From Hydrurus foetidus (lineage: Eukaryota): a DNA stretch of 41,187 nt. Shown piece after piece: positions 10,064 to 22,523 of the stretch. The first letter of the stretch is position 1. Each line of letters starts with the position of its first letter. The stretch covers positions 62,001 through 103,187 of the forward strand of contig UYFQ01000541.1 of NCBI GenBank assembly GCA_900617105.1, read 5' to 3'. The translations under genes and the position numbers were made by a program. The notes beneath the pieces were generated by a model. The model was not told the DNA's origin. It searched no databases and was given only the letters and a program-made list of their open reading frames with translations.

Positions 10064-10200
10064 CTTTTTCGAGCTTGAGCTAGGTGGGTTGAAAGTTGAC
10101 AAAAAAGGAAGGGAGGTTCGATTGCTATTACGCAAAAAAAATTAGAATCAAGTCTGACGGAGGAATTGTGCGCAAAAAGACTTTTCCAGATAAAATATAT
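10064..10200 (-). pseudogene. Decayed duplicate of the tatC 5' end
   Basis: TTGAGCTAGGTGGGTTGAAAGTTGACAAAAAAGGAAG...GAATTGTGCGCAAAAAGA...AGATAAAATAT parallels 9501-9645 (TTGAGCTGAGTGAGTTGAAAGTTAATAAAAAAAGAAG...GAATTGCGCGCGAAAAGA...AGATAAAACAT). Confidence 0.7.
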
Positions 10201-10215
10201 AAATAATACAAACGT

Positions 10216-10512
10216 ATGACTAAACTTGGCATAAAATCTTTAAACCGAAACTCCATCCTAATTTACAAAGTATTCATTATGCGTATTTTAACTGAATTAA
10301 ATGTTCCGTTTAGAATCATTAATATACCTCGGAAAAGAACTAGAATTACTTTATTAAAGTCTCCGCATGTGAACAAAAAGTCTAGGGAGCAGTTTCAACT
10401 TATAAGTCATAAAGTAATCTTTTGTATTCTAACTGAACTCAACATTTCGACCTTGAAATATATCATTTTAAATAAGCCTAATACAGTTAAAGTAGCTTTA
10501 TTCAAGTATTAG
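10216..10512 (+). CDS. rps10: Ribosomal protein S10
   Basis: S10 signature ITLLKSPHVNKKSREQF. Confidence 0.95.
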   Translation: MTKLGIKSLNRNSILIYKVFIMRILTELNVPFRIINIPRKRTRITLLKSPHVNKKSREQFQLISHKVIFCILTELNISTLKYIILNKPNTVKVALFKY

Positions 10513-10889
10513 AACGATCGTCTAATAACGAATAAGATGAAAGCTTTTAAATCTAATAATCAAGCTCCTCTCATCCTAGCTTTTTTGTAATCTTTAGATA
10601 GATCTTTTACTTTTCAATCCACGTAAGTTAGGAATATTATTTTTTGACATAGTGCTTTTTTCAGCTTAAAAAATCATAAAGACTTCTTTGTCTATTTTGA
10701 GTTTTCTACTATGTTAAATTTAAATTATGTATACTTTTTATTCGTTTAGTTAGGATGAAGAAACTTTGGAAGTTGAAGACACAGCAATATACCAACTCAT
10801 TCGCCGGCAAGTAAAGTGCCGTCATTGAGTCGTTTTCAAAGAGAAGGGTAAGAAATAGACCTTGTAAGCTTGATTATTTTCAAAGTTTG

Positions 10890-11026
10890 TGTGAGTTGTT
10901 TAGTTAGATAGAACGAATGCGTAGTCGACCGAATTCGAATGAGTTTAAATCCTGCGGAGCTAGTAGTAAGGTTTGAGCAAGGCGAAAAGAATTCTTTTCA
11001 GTCGAGGGGTTCGAGTCCCCCATTCA
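10890..11026 (+). pseudogene. One or two degenerate tRNA-like remnants
   Basis: D-loop-like TAGTTAGATAGAAC, T-like GAGTTTAAATCCTGC, then AGCT...GAGC and a T-arm GGGG-TTCGAGT-CCCC. No valid cloverleaf. Confidence 0.3.
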
Positions 11027-11320
11027 TTTTCTTTCTATTCGGCTTCTATGAAAAGACATCTTTTTTATCTGAGTTAAAACTTGACTTGATTCATAGTATT
11101 CATTGCTTGTATTTTAACTAAATTGAATATTTTGTTCACGTTATTGGTACACCCCAAAATTTAGACTTCGTCAAAGGCCTTCTTACGCGGACGAGGAGAA
11201 GTTTCCAATTTACAACTCATCATTGATGATTTAGTCTTTGAACTGGGCTTAACGTTTTGAATTTGAGACATATAGCCTTAAGCGAGCCTAAGCTGACTAA
11301 AGTTATCTTATTCGAATCTT

Positions 11321-11391
11321 AGGGCGATAGTTTAATGGCAAAATGCTGGTTTCCAAAACCTAAGTTGAGGGTTCAAGTCCCTCTCACTCTG
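11321..11391 (+). tRNA. trnW: tRNA-Trp(CCA), with stem mismatches
   Basis: Acceptor AGGGCGA/TCACTCT (one C-A), anticodon loop TTCCAAA, T-arm GAGGG-TTCAAGT-CCCTC. Confidence 0.85.
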
Positions 11392-12479
11392 ATTCAATGA
11401 TAATTTTTTTTATCCCGAATCCTTGTAAAGTTTAAGCAACTTTTGATCTTTTCGATTTGAAGGTTTTCCAATCAACTTACAAAAGCTTTTAGTTGTTAGT
11501 GCGCTTTCTATCGGAATTGGAAATTTTATTGTCTACTTTAGCTTTTACTTCTTGCTATCCATATCTTCATTTAGGTTGCCTGTCTTTTTGTTTAGATTTG
11601 GCTGATCGTGGCTTTGTGAGTAGAGGTTCAATAGTTTTTCAACGAAAGGTGGTTGGCTTCTGCGTTTGTAAAGCGTAAGAATGTGTTTTCTTAATCCATT
11701 GATGTCGCTTTAGATTGTTCACCCTACCCGCCCGCCAGAACGCTCGAGCAGCTTGGCTAATTGAGCGGTATTGGTTGGTTTTTTCAGTTTTTGACGCTGA
11801 GTTCAATAGATCGAATTAGCGCGCAAGTTGAAATCTCATAAAAGAAACGATTAACTTGGGAAAGTAGTTAAAATTAAAGGAACAGTACTAATCTTTTTTC
11901 ATTTGAGATCGATGAAAATTCTTATTGATTCGAGTCAGAATTTCATCTAAGTTTGGGTTTGTCGTGCATTTTTAAACTAAATATTAACATCGAGTGTGTT
12001 GGTATGCCTGTAAAAAAAACTAAAATCACTTCACAAACTCTTTTTCATTTTAACGAAAAGTCTCGAGAGCTTTAAGTCACAAGTCATAAGGTTTTGCATT
12101 GTAACTGAAAATCAATACAGGTCTTCTTGAATAAGTCTAAGATCATTAAGTGGTTTTATCAGATTTTAGAATGTCAAGCTTGACACTAATTTTCAAGAGC
12201 CTTAACTTACACTTAAAGCTTAACTTTTGATCCATCATAACCTATTTTTCAATTTTGTCAATTCTGCCGAATCAAATGATAACTTGAATTTTATTTATTT
12301 CAAGTTTGAAAATGTATAAGATCGTACAGTGTACCGAAAAATCACTTCAGCTTTGAATGTTATTCGTGGAGCAAGACAGGTATTCAAGAGTTTTTTATAT
12401 ACTTTAAGAGTCCTTTAATTCTTTTATAGTTAATCGACAGAGCCTAAGATTGTTAGGCGGCGCTTTCTTTGTGCTTGGG

Positions 12480-12730
<251 letters not shown>

Positions 12731-13107
12731 AATCGACATGAGATTTCACAACATAGAATATTTTGTTGTATGTAATTTTTTGTCAAGTTTGCTACACGAG
12801 CTGAAAGCAATCCCGTGCTTATTGACGAGCCTCTAATCTTGTGAAAGGGTGCTAAAAGTTCTTTCGATAAGTTATGCTTTAATCTTACAAGTTACTCTTG
12901 ACTAGCTTCTTCATCGTAATTTAGTTTCATTTGTTCTTGTCGAAGAATTACGAACATAACGAGTGAAGTCACAAAAGTGCTCCTTGACTAGAATTTTTAG
13001 TTTATTATTGTTTGTTTAGATATCATTGCTCAACTGAATTGATACAATTTTTTTGTTTGAATGATATCAAGACTAAACTTCCTTTGAACAAAAGTACTGC
13101 TTTGCCT

Positions 13108-13419
13108 TTAGAACCAATAGACAACGTAAGAAGATCTTGTTAAGAAGACAAACTCGTTAACGGAAGTTATCTTATTATTCTTATCAAAATGTGCACTTAT
13201 ATATTTATCGATCAAGTACTTGAATTGCATAATGCTCTTTTGCCACTCGTGGATTTCCAGCTGTTCTTCTGTCTGTAAAACTTGTGCGAAGAAACTGGGT
13301 ATCTTCGTTACTCTTTCTACACTTATATTTTTATGGAGTTTCAAAATTTGAATTGAATAATTATGCGTTTGTTTCTTTGAGTCTTCAACCTTTTGATCAT
13401 TGAATAGACGCTCGATCAT
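13108..13419 (-). pseudogene. Hydrophilic minus-strand ORF in the repeat unit (103 aa in copy 1, frameshifted in copies 2-5); unidentified
   Basis: MIERLFNDQKVEDSKKQTHN start is present in all five copies, with different downstream frames. Confidence 0.25.
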
Positions 13420-13667
13420 TGACTCAAAACAAAACGTATCTTTTTGTGAACTCAGGCTTTAAGTTTTTGGATTTAATACGCTTTTAGAGCTACAGATCTT
13501 TTTTTGGAGTAAGATTTCTTACGTATATTACCGTTAAAATTTGAATGATAGTACCTTTAAAAAAAACAAAACTTATAGTCAAATTATTTTTTACTTTTAG
13601 CAGAGGAGACTATCACTGGAGTGCTTTTATTAGATGCTCTTTTCATTTTTATAAACTATACATATAT

Positions 13668-13820
13668 ATGAGCATGAAAGCTTTTTATTATATTTTAATG
13701 GCACTAATTTTGTTATACTTGTTCTATCCTTACGAGTGCTTAGTTGTAATGCGTTTGGTAGGACCTTCGTTGAAGAAATCACTCGCTGAGATAATCAAAC
13801 GTATAAGAGGTAAGTGGTAA
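13668..13820 (+). CDS. 50-aa membrane peptide ORF, repeat copy 1 (TatA/TatB-like architecture)
   Basis: MSMKAFYYILMALILLYLFYPYECLVVMRLVGPSLKKSLAEIIKRIRGKW: hydrophobic helix, FxP hinge, basic amphipathic helix. Confidence 0.45.
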   Translation: MSMKAFYYILMALILLYLFYPYECLVVMRLVGPSLKKSLAEIIKRIRGKW

Positions 13821-14951
13821 CTGATCTTCATTCATCTTTTTTGTCTTATTATATATTTGACTTTTAAGAATTGTCACTCAAAGCAAATCTTTTTAATTGC
13901 TCCTTGAAGAGACTTTTTTCATACGTCGAAATTCTAACCAACGTTTTTCTGGGGAGGGTAAAAAATTGTTCGCATTAATGATATCTTTTTTAATACTATT
14001 TATCGATAAGAGGTTTCACAACATGGAATATTTTGTTGTATGTAATTTTTTGTCGAGTTTGCTAAACGGGCTGAAAGCAATCTCGTGCTTATTGACGAGC
14101 CCTGTAATTTTGTAAAAGGGTGCTAAGAGTTCTTTCGATAAGTTATGCTTTAGTCTTACAAGTTACTCTTGACTAGCTTCTTCATCGTAATTTGCTAAGA
14201 AGTTTCATTTGTTCTTGTCGAAGAATTACGAACATAACGAGTGAAGTCACAAAAGTGCTCCTTGACTAGAATTTTTAGTTTATTATTGTCTGTTTAGATA
14301 TCATTGCTCAACTGAATTGATACCATTTTTTCGTTTGAATGATATCGAGACTAAACTTCCTTTGAACAAAAGTACTACTTTGCTTTTAGAACCAATAGAC
14401 AACGTAAGAAGATCTTGTTGGGAAGACAAACTAGTTAACGGAACTAGTTTTATTATTCTTATCAAAATGTGCGCTTCTACACTTATATATTTACCCATTA
14501 AGTACTTGAATTGCACGATGTTTTTTTGCCACTCGTGGATTTCTAGCTGTTCTTCTATCTGTACAACTTTTGTGCGAAGAAACTGGGTATGTTACTCTTT
14601 CTACACTTATATTTTTATGAAGTTTCAAAATTTGAATTAAATGATTATGCGTTTGTTTCTTTGAGTCTTCAACCTTTTGATCATTGAATAGACGCTCGAT
14701 CATTGACTCAAAACAAAACGTACCTTTTTGTGGACTAAAGCCTTAAGTTTTTGGATTTAATACGCTTTTAGAGCTACAGATCTTTTTTTAGAGTAAGACT
14801 TCTTACGTATATTGCCGTTAGAATTTGAATGATAGTACCTTTAAAAAAAACAAAACTTATAGTCAAATTATTTTTTACTTTTAGCAGAGGAGACTATCAC
14901 TGGAGTGCTTTTATTAGATGCTCTTTTCATTTTTATAAACTATACATATAT

Positions 14952-15104
14952 ATGAGCATGAAAGCTTTTTATTATATTTTAATGGCACTAATTTTGTTAT
15001 ACTTGTTCTATCCTTACGAGTGCTTAGTTGTAATGCGTTTGGTAGGACCTTCGTTGAAGAAATCACTCGCTGAGATAATCAAACGTATAAGAGGTAAGTG
15101 GTAA
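14952..15104 (+). CDS. 50-aa membrane peptide ORF, repeat copy 2
   Basis: Same peptide as copy 1. Confidence 0.45.
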   Translation: MSMKAFYYILMALILLYLFYPYECLVVMRLVGPSLKKSLAEIIKRIRGKW

Positions 15105-16237
15105 CTGATCTTCATTCATCTTTTTTGTCTTATTATATATTTGACTTTTAAGAATTGTCACTCAAAGCAAATCTTTTTAATTGCTCCTTGAAGAGACTTT
15201 TTTCATACGTCGAAATTCTAACCAACGTTTTTCTGGGGAGGGTAAAAAAATTGTTCGCATTAATGATATCTTTTTTAATACTATTTATCGATAAGAGGTT
15301 TCACAACATGGAATATTTTGTTGTATGTAATTTTTTGTCGAGTTTGCTACACGGGCTGAAAGCAATCTCATGCTTATTGACGAGCCCTGTAATTTTGTAA
15401 AAGGGTGCTAAGAGTTCTTTCGATAAGTTATGCTTTAGTCCTACAAGTTACTCTTGACTAGCTTCTTCATCGTAATTTGCTAAGAAGTTTCATTTGTTCT
15501 TGTCGAAGAATTACGAACATAACGAGTGAAGTCACAAAAGTGCTCCTTGACTAGAATTTTTAGTTTATTATTGTCTGTTTAGATATCATTGCTCAACTGA
15601 ATTGATACCATTTTTTCGTTTGAATGATATCGAGACTAAACTTCCTTTGAACAAAAGTACTACTTTGCTTTTAGAACCAATAGACAACGTAAGAAGATCT
15701 TGTTGGGAAGACAAACTAGTTAACGGAACTAGTTTTATTATTCTTATCAAAATGTGCGCTTCTACACTTATATATTTACCCATTAAGTACTTGAATTGCA
15801 CGATGTTCTTTTGCCACTCGTGGATTTCTAGCTGTTCTTCTATCTGTACAACTTTTGTGCGAAGAAACTGGGTATGTTACTTTTTCTACACTTATATTTT
15901 TATGGAGTTTCAAAATTTGAATTAAATGATTATGCGTTTGTTTCTTTGAGTCTTCAACCTTTTGATCATTGAATAGACGCTCGATCATTGACTCAAAACA
16001 AAACGTACCTTTTTGTGGACTAAAGCCTTAAGTTTTTGGATTTAATACGCTTTTAGAGCTACAGATCTTTTTTTAGAGTAAGACTTCTTACGTATATTGC
16101 CGTTAGAATTTGAATGATAGTACCTTTAAAAAAAACAAAACTTATAGTCAAATTGTTTTTACTTTTAGCAGAGGAGACTATCACTGGAGTGCTTTTATTA
16201 GATGCTCTTTTCATTTTTATAAACTATACATATATAT

Positions 16238-16390
16238 ATGAGCATGAAAGCTTTTTATTATATTTTAATGGCACTAATTTTGTTATACTTGTTCTATCCT
16301 TACGAGTGCTTAGTTGTAATGCGTTTGGTAGGACCTTCGTTGAAGAAATCACTCGCTGAGATAATCAAACGTATAAGAGGTAAGTGGTAA
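16238..16390 (+). CDS. 50-aa membrane peptide ORF, repeat copy 3
   Basis: Same peptide as copy 1. Intact although the upstream in-frame extension is frameshifted in this copy. Confidence 0.45.
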   Translation: MSMKAFYYILMALILLYLFYPYECLVVMRLVGPSLKKSLAEIIKRIRGKW

Positions 16391-17515
16391 CTGATCTTCA
16401 TTCATCTTTTTTGTCTTATTATATATTTGACTTTTAAGAATTGTCACTCAAAGCAAATCTTTTTAATTGCTCCTTGAAGAGACTTTTTTCATACGTCGAA
16501 ATTCTAACCAACGTTTTTCTGGGGAGGGTAAAAAAATTGTTCGCATTAATAATATCTTTTTTAATACTATTTATCAATAAGAGGTTTCACAACATGGAAT
16601 ATTTTGTTGTATGTAATTTTTTGTCGAGTTTGCTACACGGGCTGAAAGCAATCTCGTGCTTAATTGACGAGCCCTCTAATTTTGTAAAAGGGTGCTAAGA
16701 GTTCTTTCGATAAGTTATGTTTTAGTCCTACAAGTTACTCTTGACTAGCTTCTTCATCGTAATTTGCTAAGAAGTTTCATTTGTTCTTGTCGAAGAATTA
16801 CGAACATAACGAGTGAAGTCACAAAAGTGCTCCTTGACTAGAATTTTTAGTTTATTATTGTCTGTTTTTAGATATCATTGCTCAACTGAATTGATACCAT
16901 TTTTTCGTTTGAATAATATCAAGACTAAACTTCCTTTGAACAAAAGTACTGCTTTGCCTTTAGAACCAATAGACAACGTAAGAAGATCTTGTTAAGAAGA
17001 CAAACTCGTTAACGGAAGTTATCTTATTATTCTTATCAAAATGTGCACTTATATATTTATCGATCAAGTACTTGAATTGCATAATGTTTTTTTGCCACTC
17101 GTGGATTTCCAGCTGTTTTTCTGTCTGTACAACTTGTGCGAAGAAACTGGGTATGTTACTCTTTCTACACTTATATTTTTATAGAGTTTCAAAATTTGAA
17201 TTAAATGATTATGCGTTTGTTTCTTTGAGTCTTCAACCTTTTGATCATTGAATAGACGCTCGATCATTGACTCAAAACAAAACGTACCTTTTTGTGGACT
17301 AAAGCCTTAAGTTTTTGAATTTAATACGCTTTTAGAGCTACAGATCTTTTTTTGGAGTAAGATTTCTTACGTATATTGCCGTTAGAATTTGAATGATAGT
17401 ACCTTTAAAAAAAACAAAACTTATAGTCAAATTGTTTTTTACTTTTAGCAGAGAAGACTATCACTGGAGTGCTTTTATTAGATGCTCTTTTCATTTTTAT
17501 AAACTATACATATAT

Positions 17516-17668
17516 ATGAGCATGAAAGCTTTTTATTATATTTTAATGGGACTAATTTTGTTATACTTTTTCTATCCTTACGAGTGCTTAGTTGTAATGC
17601 GTTTGATAGGACCTTCGTTGAAGAAATCACTCGCTGAGATAATCAAACGTATAAGAGGTAAGTGGTAA
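17516..17668 (+). CDS. 50-aa membrane peptide ORF, repeat copy 4
   Basis: Intact, with conservative changes A>G, L>F and V>I. Confidence 0.45.
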   Translation: MSMKAFYYILMGLILLYFFYPYECLVVMRLIGPSLKKSLAEIIKRIRGKW

Positions 17669-18815
17669 CTGATCTTCATTCATCTTTTTTGTCTTATTAT
17701 AATTTGACTTTTAAGAATTGTCACTCAAAGCAAATCTTTTTAATTGCTCCTTGAAGAGACTTTTTTATACGTCGAAATTCTAACCAACGTTTTTCTGGGG
17801 AGGGGAAAAAAATTGTTCGCATTAATGATATCTTTTTTAATACTATTTACGTAAAGTCGATAAAAGGTTTCACAACATGGAATATTTTGTTGTATGTAAT
17901 TTTTTGTCGAGTTTGCTACACGGGCTGAAAGTAATCTCGTGCTTATTGACGAGCCCTCCAATTTTATAAAAGGGTGCTAAGATTTCTTTCGATAAGTTAT
18001 GCTTTACTCCTACAATTTAATCTTGAACGACTTGTTCATCGTAATTTGTTAAGAAGTTTCATTTGTTCTTGTCGAAGAATTACGAACATAACGTGTGAAG
18101 TCACAAAAAGTGCTCCTTGACTAGAATTTTTAGTTTATTATTGTCTGTTTAGATATCATTGCTCAACTGAATTGATACAATTTTTTTGTTTGAATGATAT
18201 CAAGACTAAACTTCCTTTGAACAAAAGTACTACTTTGCCTTTATTTAGAACTAATAGACAACGTGAAGATCTTGTTGGGAAGACAAACTCGTTAACGGAA
18301 TTTATTTTATTATTCTTATCAAAACGTGCGCTTCTACACTTATATATTTATCAATCAAGTACTTGAATTGCACAATGTTCTTTTGCCACTCGTGAATTTC
18401 TAGCTGTTCTTCTATCTGTATAATTTTTGTGCGAAGAAACTGGGTGTGTTACTCTTTCTACACTTATATTTTTATGGAGTTTCAAAATTTGAATTGAATG
18501 ATTATGCGTTTGTTTCTTTGAGTCTTCAACCTTTTGATCATTGAATAGACGCTCGATCATTGACTCAAAACAAAACGTATCTTTTTGTGAACTCAGGCTT
18601 TAAGTTTTTGGATTTAATACGCTTTTAGAGCTACAGATCTTTTTTTGGAGTAAGATTTCTTACGTATATTGCCGTTAGAATTCGAATAATAGTACCTTTT
18701 AAAAAGACAAGACTTACAGTCAAATTGTTCTTTACTTTTAGCAGAGGAGACTATCATTTCATAGGAAGTGCTTTTATTAGATGCTCTTTTTCATTTTTAT
18801 GAACTATACATATAT

Positions 18816-18965
18816 ATGAGCGTGAAAGCTTTTTACTACATTTTAATAGGACTAATCTTGTTATACTTGTTCTATCCTTACGAGTGCTTAGTCGTAATGC
18901 GTTTGGTAAGACCTTCGTTGAAGAAATCACTCGCTGAGATACTCAAACGTATAAGAGGTAAGTGA
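18816..18965 (+). CDS. 49-aa membrane peptide ORF, repeat copy 5
   Basis: MSVKAFYYILIGLILLYLFYPYECLVVMRLVRPSLKKSLAEILKRIRGK*, intact. Confidence 0.45.
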   Translation: MSVKAFYYILIGLILLYLFYPYECLVVMRLVRPSLKKSLAEILKRIRGK

Positions 18966-20539
18966 TAACTGATTTTTATTCATCTTCTTTGTCTTATCAT
19001 AATTTGACTTTTAGGAATTGTCACTCAAAAGTATACAACTCAAAATAGATTTTTTGAGTTGAAGTTCAACCTTTCATTAGAACATATATGTATCTGGCAC
19101 TTTAAAACAGTTTGTCACAATAAGGAAAAGTAATGATAGACTCATAAATAACATTTATAATGAGAGAGAAAGGTTGTTTATTGAAATGATCCGATTAGAT
19201 ATTTCAAGAGTCTAGTTATTTGGCTAAATACTTAAGTTTCTAGCAAATTTTACGTTGAGGGCTTTTTTACAAAATTTTATAACTCAGTCGTCTGAATCGA
19301 TACCGCGATTTTTTGAAGCGTAAAGCAAAACTACGTGAGTAAAAAATTTGCAGCAAAGCACCTTGTTTAGAGTAGTACAAATAGTCTAAGATTTAGCTGT
19401 TTTTACTAAAAGTTCTTTGTCCTAGTTAGAATAATTAGATTTCTATAGGGCGCAAAACAGGTTATTTAAGACTTTTGATTGTCGAAAGTTTAACTTTTTC
19501 GTTTGAGTGCTGTGTTGGCTTTTGAGATAGATAAATTGGATTGTTTGGACTTTTAAATTTACGCGCGTAAATCGATAAAAAAACACTGTTCGCGAACTTT
19601 TTGATTTGATTGATTGTTAGATTCCGTTTTTAAAGGATTAAATTTAAATTAGTTGACAGAAATAAAGTTTCAAAATTTTATTAAGTCAAAACCCGCTGTT
19701 TTTCAGAAAAAACTTAAGAAGATTGATTAACGCTGATAAGAAAAGATAAAGTTGAACCGTCTACAGAGCTTTTTTAGTCTTTTTAATCTTGACATAGGTC
19801 TGTTGAATTTATTATCAATTAGTTAAATCTTGTCACTACGAAAACATAATTCTACGAAGTTTATGACACGAGCTTTTAACTATAAGAATAGTACTGAAAA
19901 AAGCCTTTTGCGCTCGTTCGTCCAATAAGATATTTTTATATCTTATGCATCATGTAAGTCGTGAAATTAATAGCATGTTATAACTTTGAACTTCTTACAT
20001 TGAGGTCGCGTCTCAGAACTTTTTTCGAGAGTTTTAGATCTCAAAGGTGAGAGCTCAGTCTCCATTTTGTCAAAGGTTTTATTGAATACCCTATGTCTCA
20101 TGATAAATAGATTTTTGTGCGAGCGTTTATTACATCTTTTAGCTTTCAAATTATTTGATGATGGAGTTGTCTATTCACGGTTGGAGTTTTTGCAAATAAA
20201 AACTTTTTGATCCAAAAAAATGATAATTTGGAATGATTATACCTATCAAAAAAATCTTTAAAAGTAAGGATAAAAGCAGCATCTAGATTTGTCTCTTAAG
20301 AAGAGTATTTCTACGGTTCAATCTCACTTTTTCGCACTCGAAACCTACAACTTCCGCTTTATCTTTTACGAATTAGTCACAGTTATCGCAAGAGTCCTCT
20401 TTTTTGTTAACGCTTGTACATTATCGAAGATGTCTTGAAATTTTCATGGAACTTGGAGTCACAGATTGACTTTTTCGCTGTAACTTCACATATTTTCGTG
20501 CCTTTTTCACACTTTGAATTCCGCGACGTAATTAGGTAA

Positions 20540-22111
<1,572 letters not shown>

Positions 22112-22523
22112 TTTACCTGGGACTGCTTTCGACAACTTACTTGGAAATTAAGTTTTTGGTTATGAAATTCTTAACTTGTACCTTAAAAGTTTACCGTTAA
22201 AGATTGTTTTACCATATTTCGACCTCGGCTTTTGATTCTAGCCTCGACAAAAAATGGAATATCTAAATTTTTAGAATCATACTCATACGTTTATCAATTG
22301 GGGCCTCAAACCTAGAAAACTATCTTAGTAATCCTTTCTTCACATTTCCTTTTATTACGTGTTTAAATGTTTATCTTGAAATCAGTTCGCAAAATTGACT
22401 TCACTGTGGAGATATTCAAAGGCTTTACTTTTTCGGATGGGTTATCTTTTTGAAAACTTATTTGCTTGTAGACTTTAGGTCATAGAAATTTAGTACAACG
22501 TTTAACTTGTTTGAAGATTGTTT

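Noticed and set aside
13545..13820. 91-aa version of the repeat ORF (MIVPLKK...)
   Set aside because: The N-terminal 41 codons are frameshifted or lose the ATG in copies 3 and 5. Only the 50-aa core is retained in all copies.
19557..19572. 16-bp perfect palindrome ATTTACGCGCGTAAAT
   Set aside because: Single occurrence with no supporting context; it cannot be distinguished from chance.
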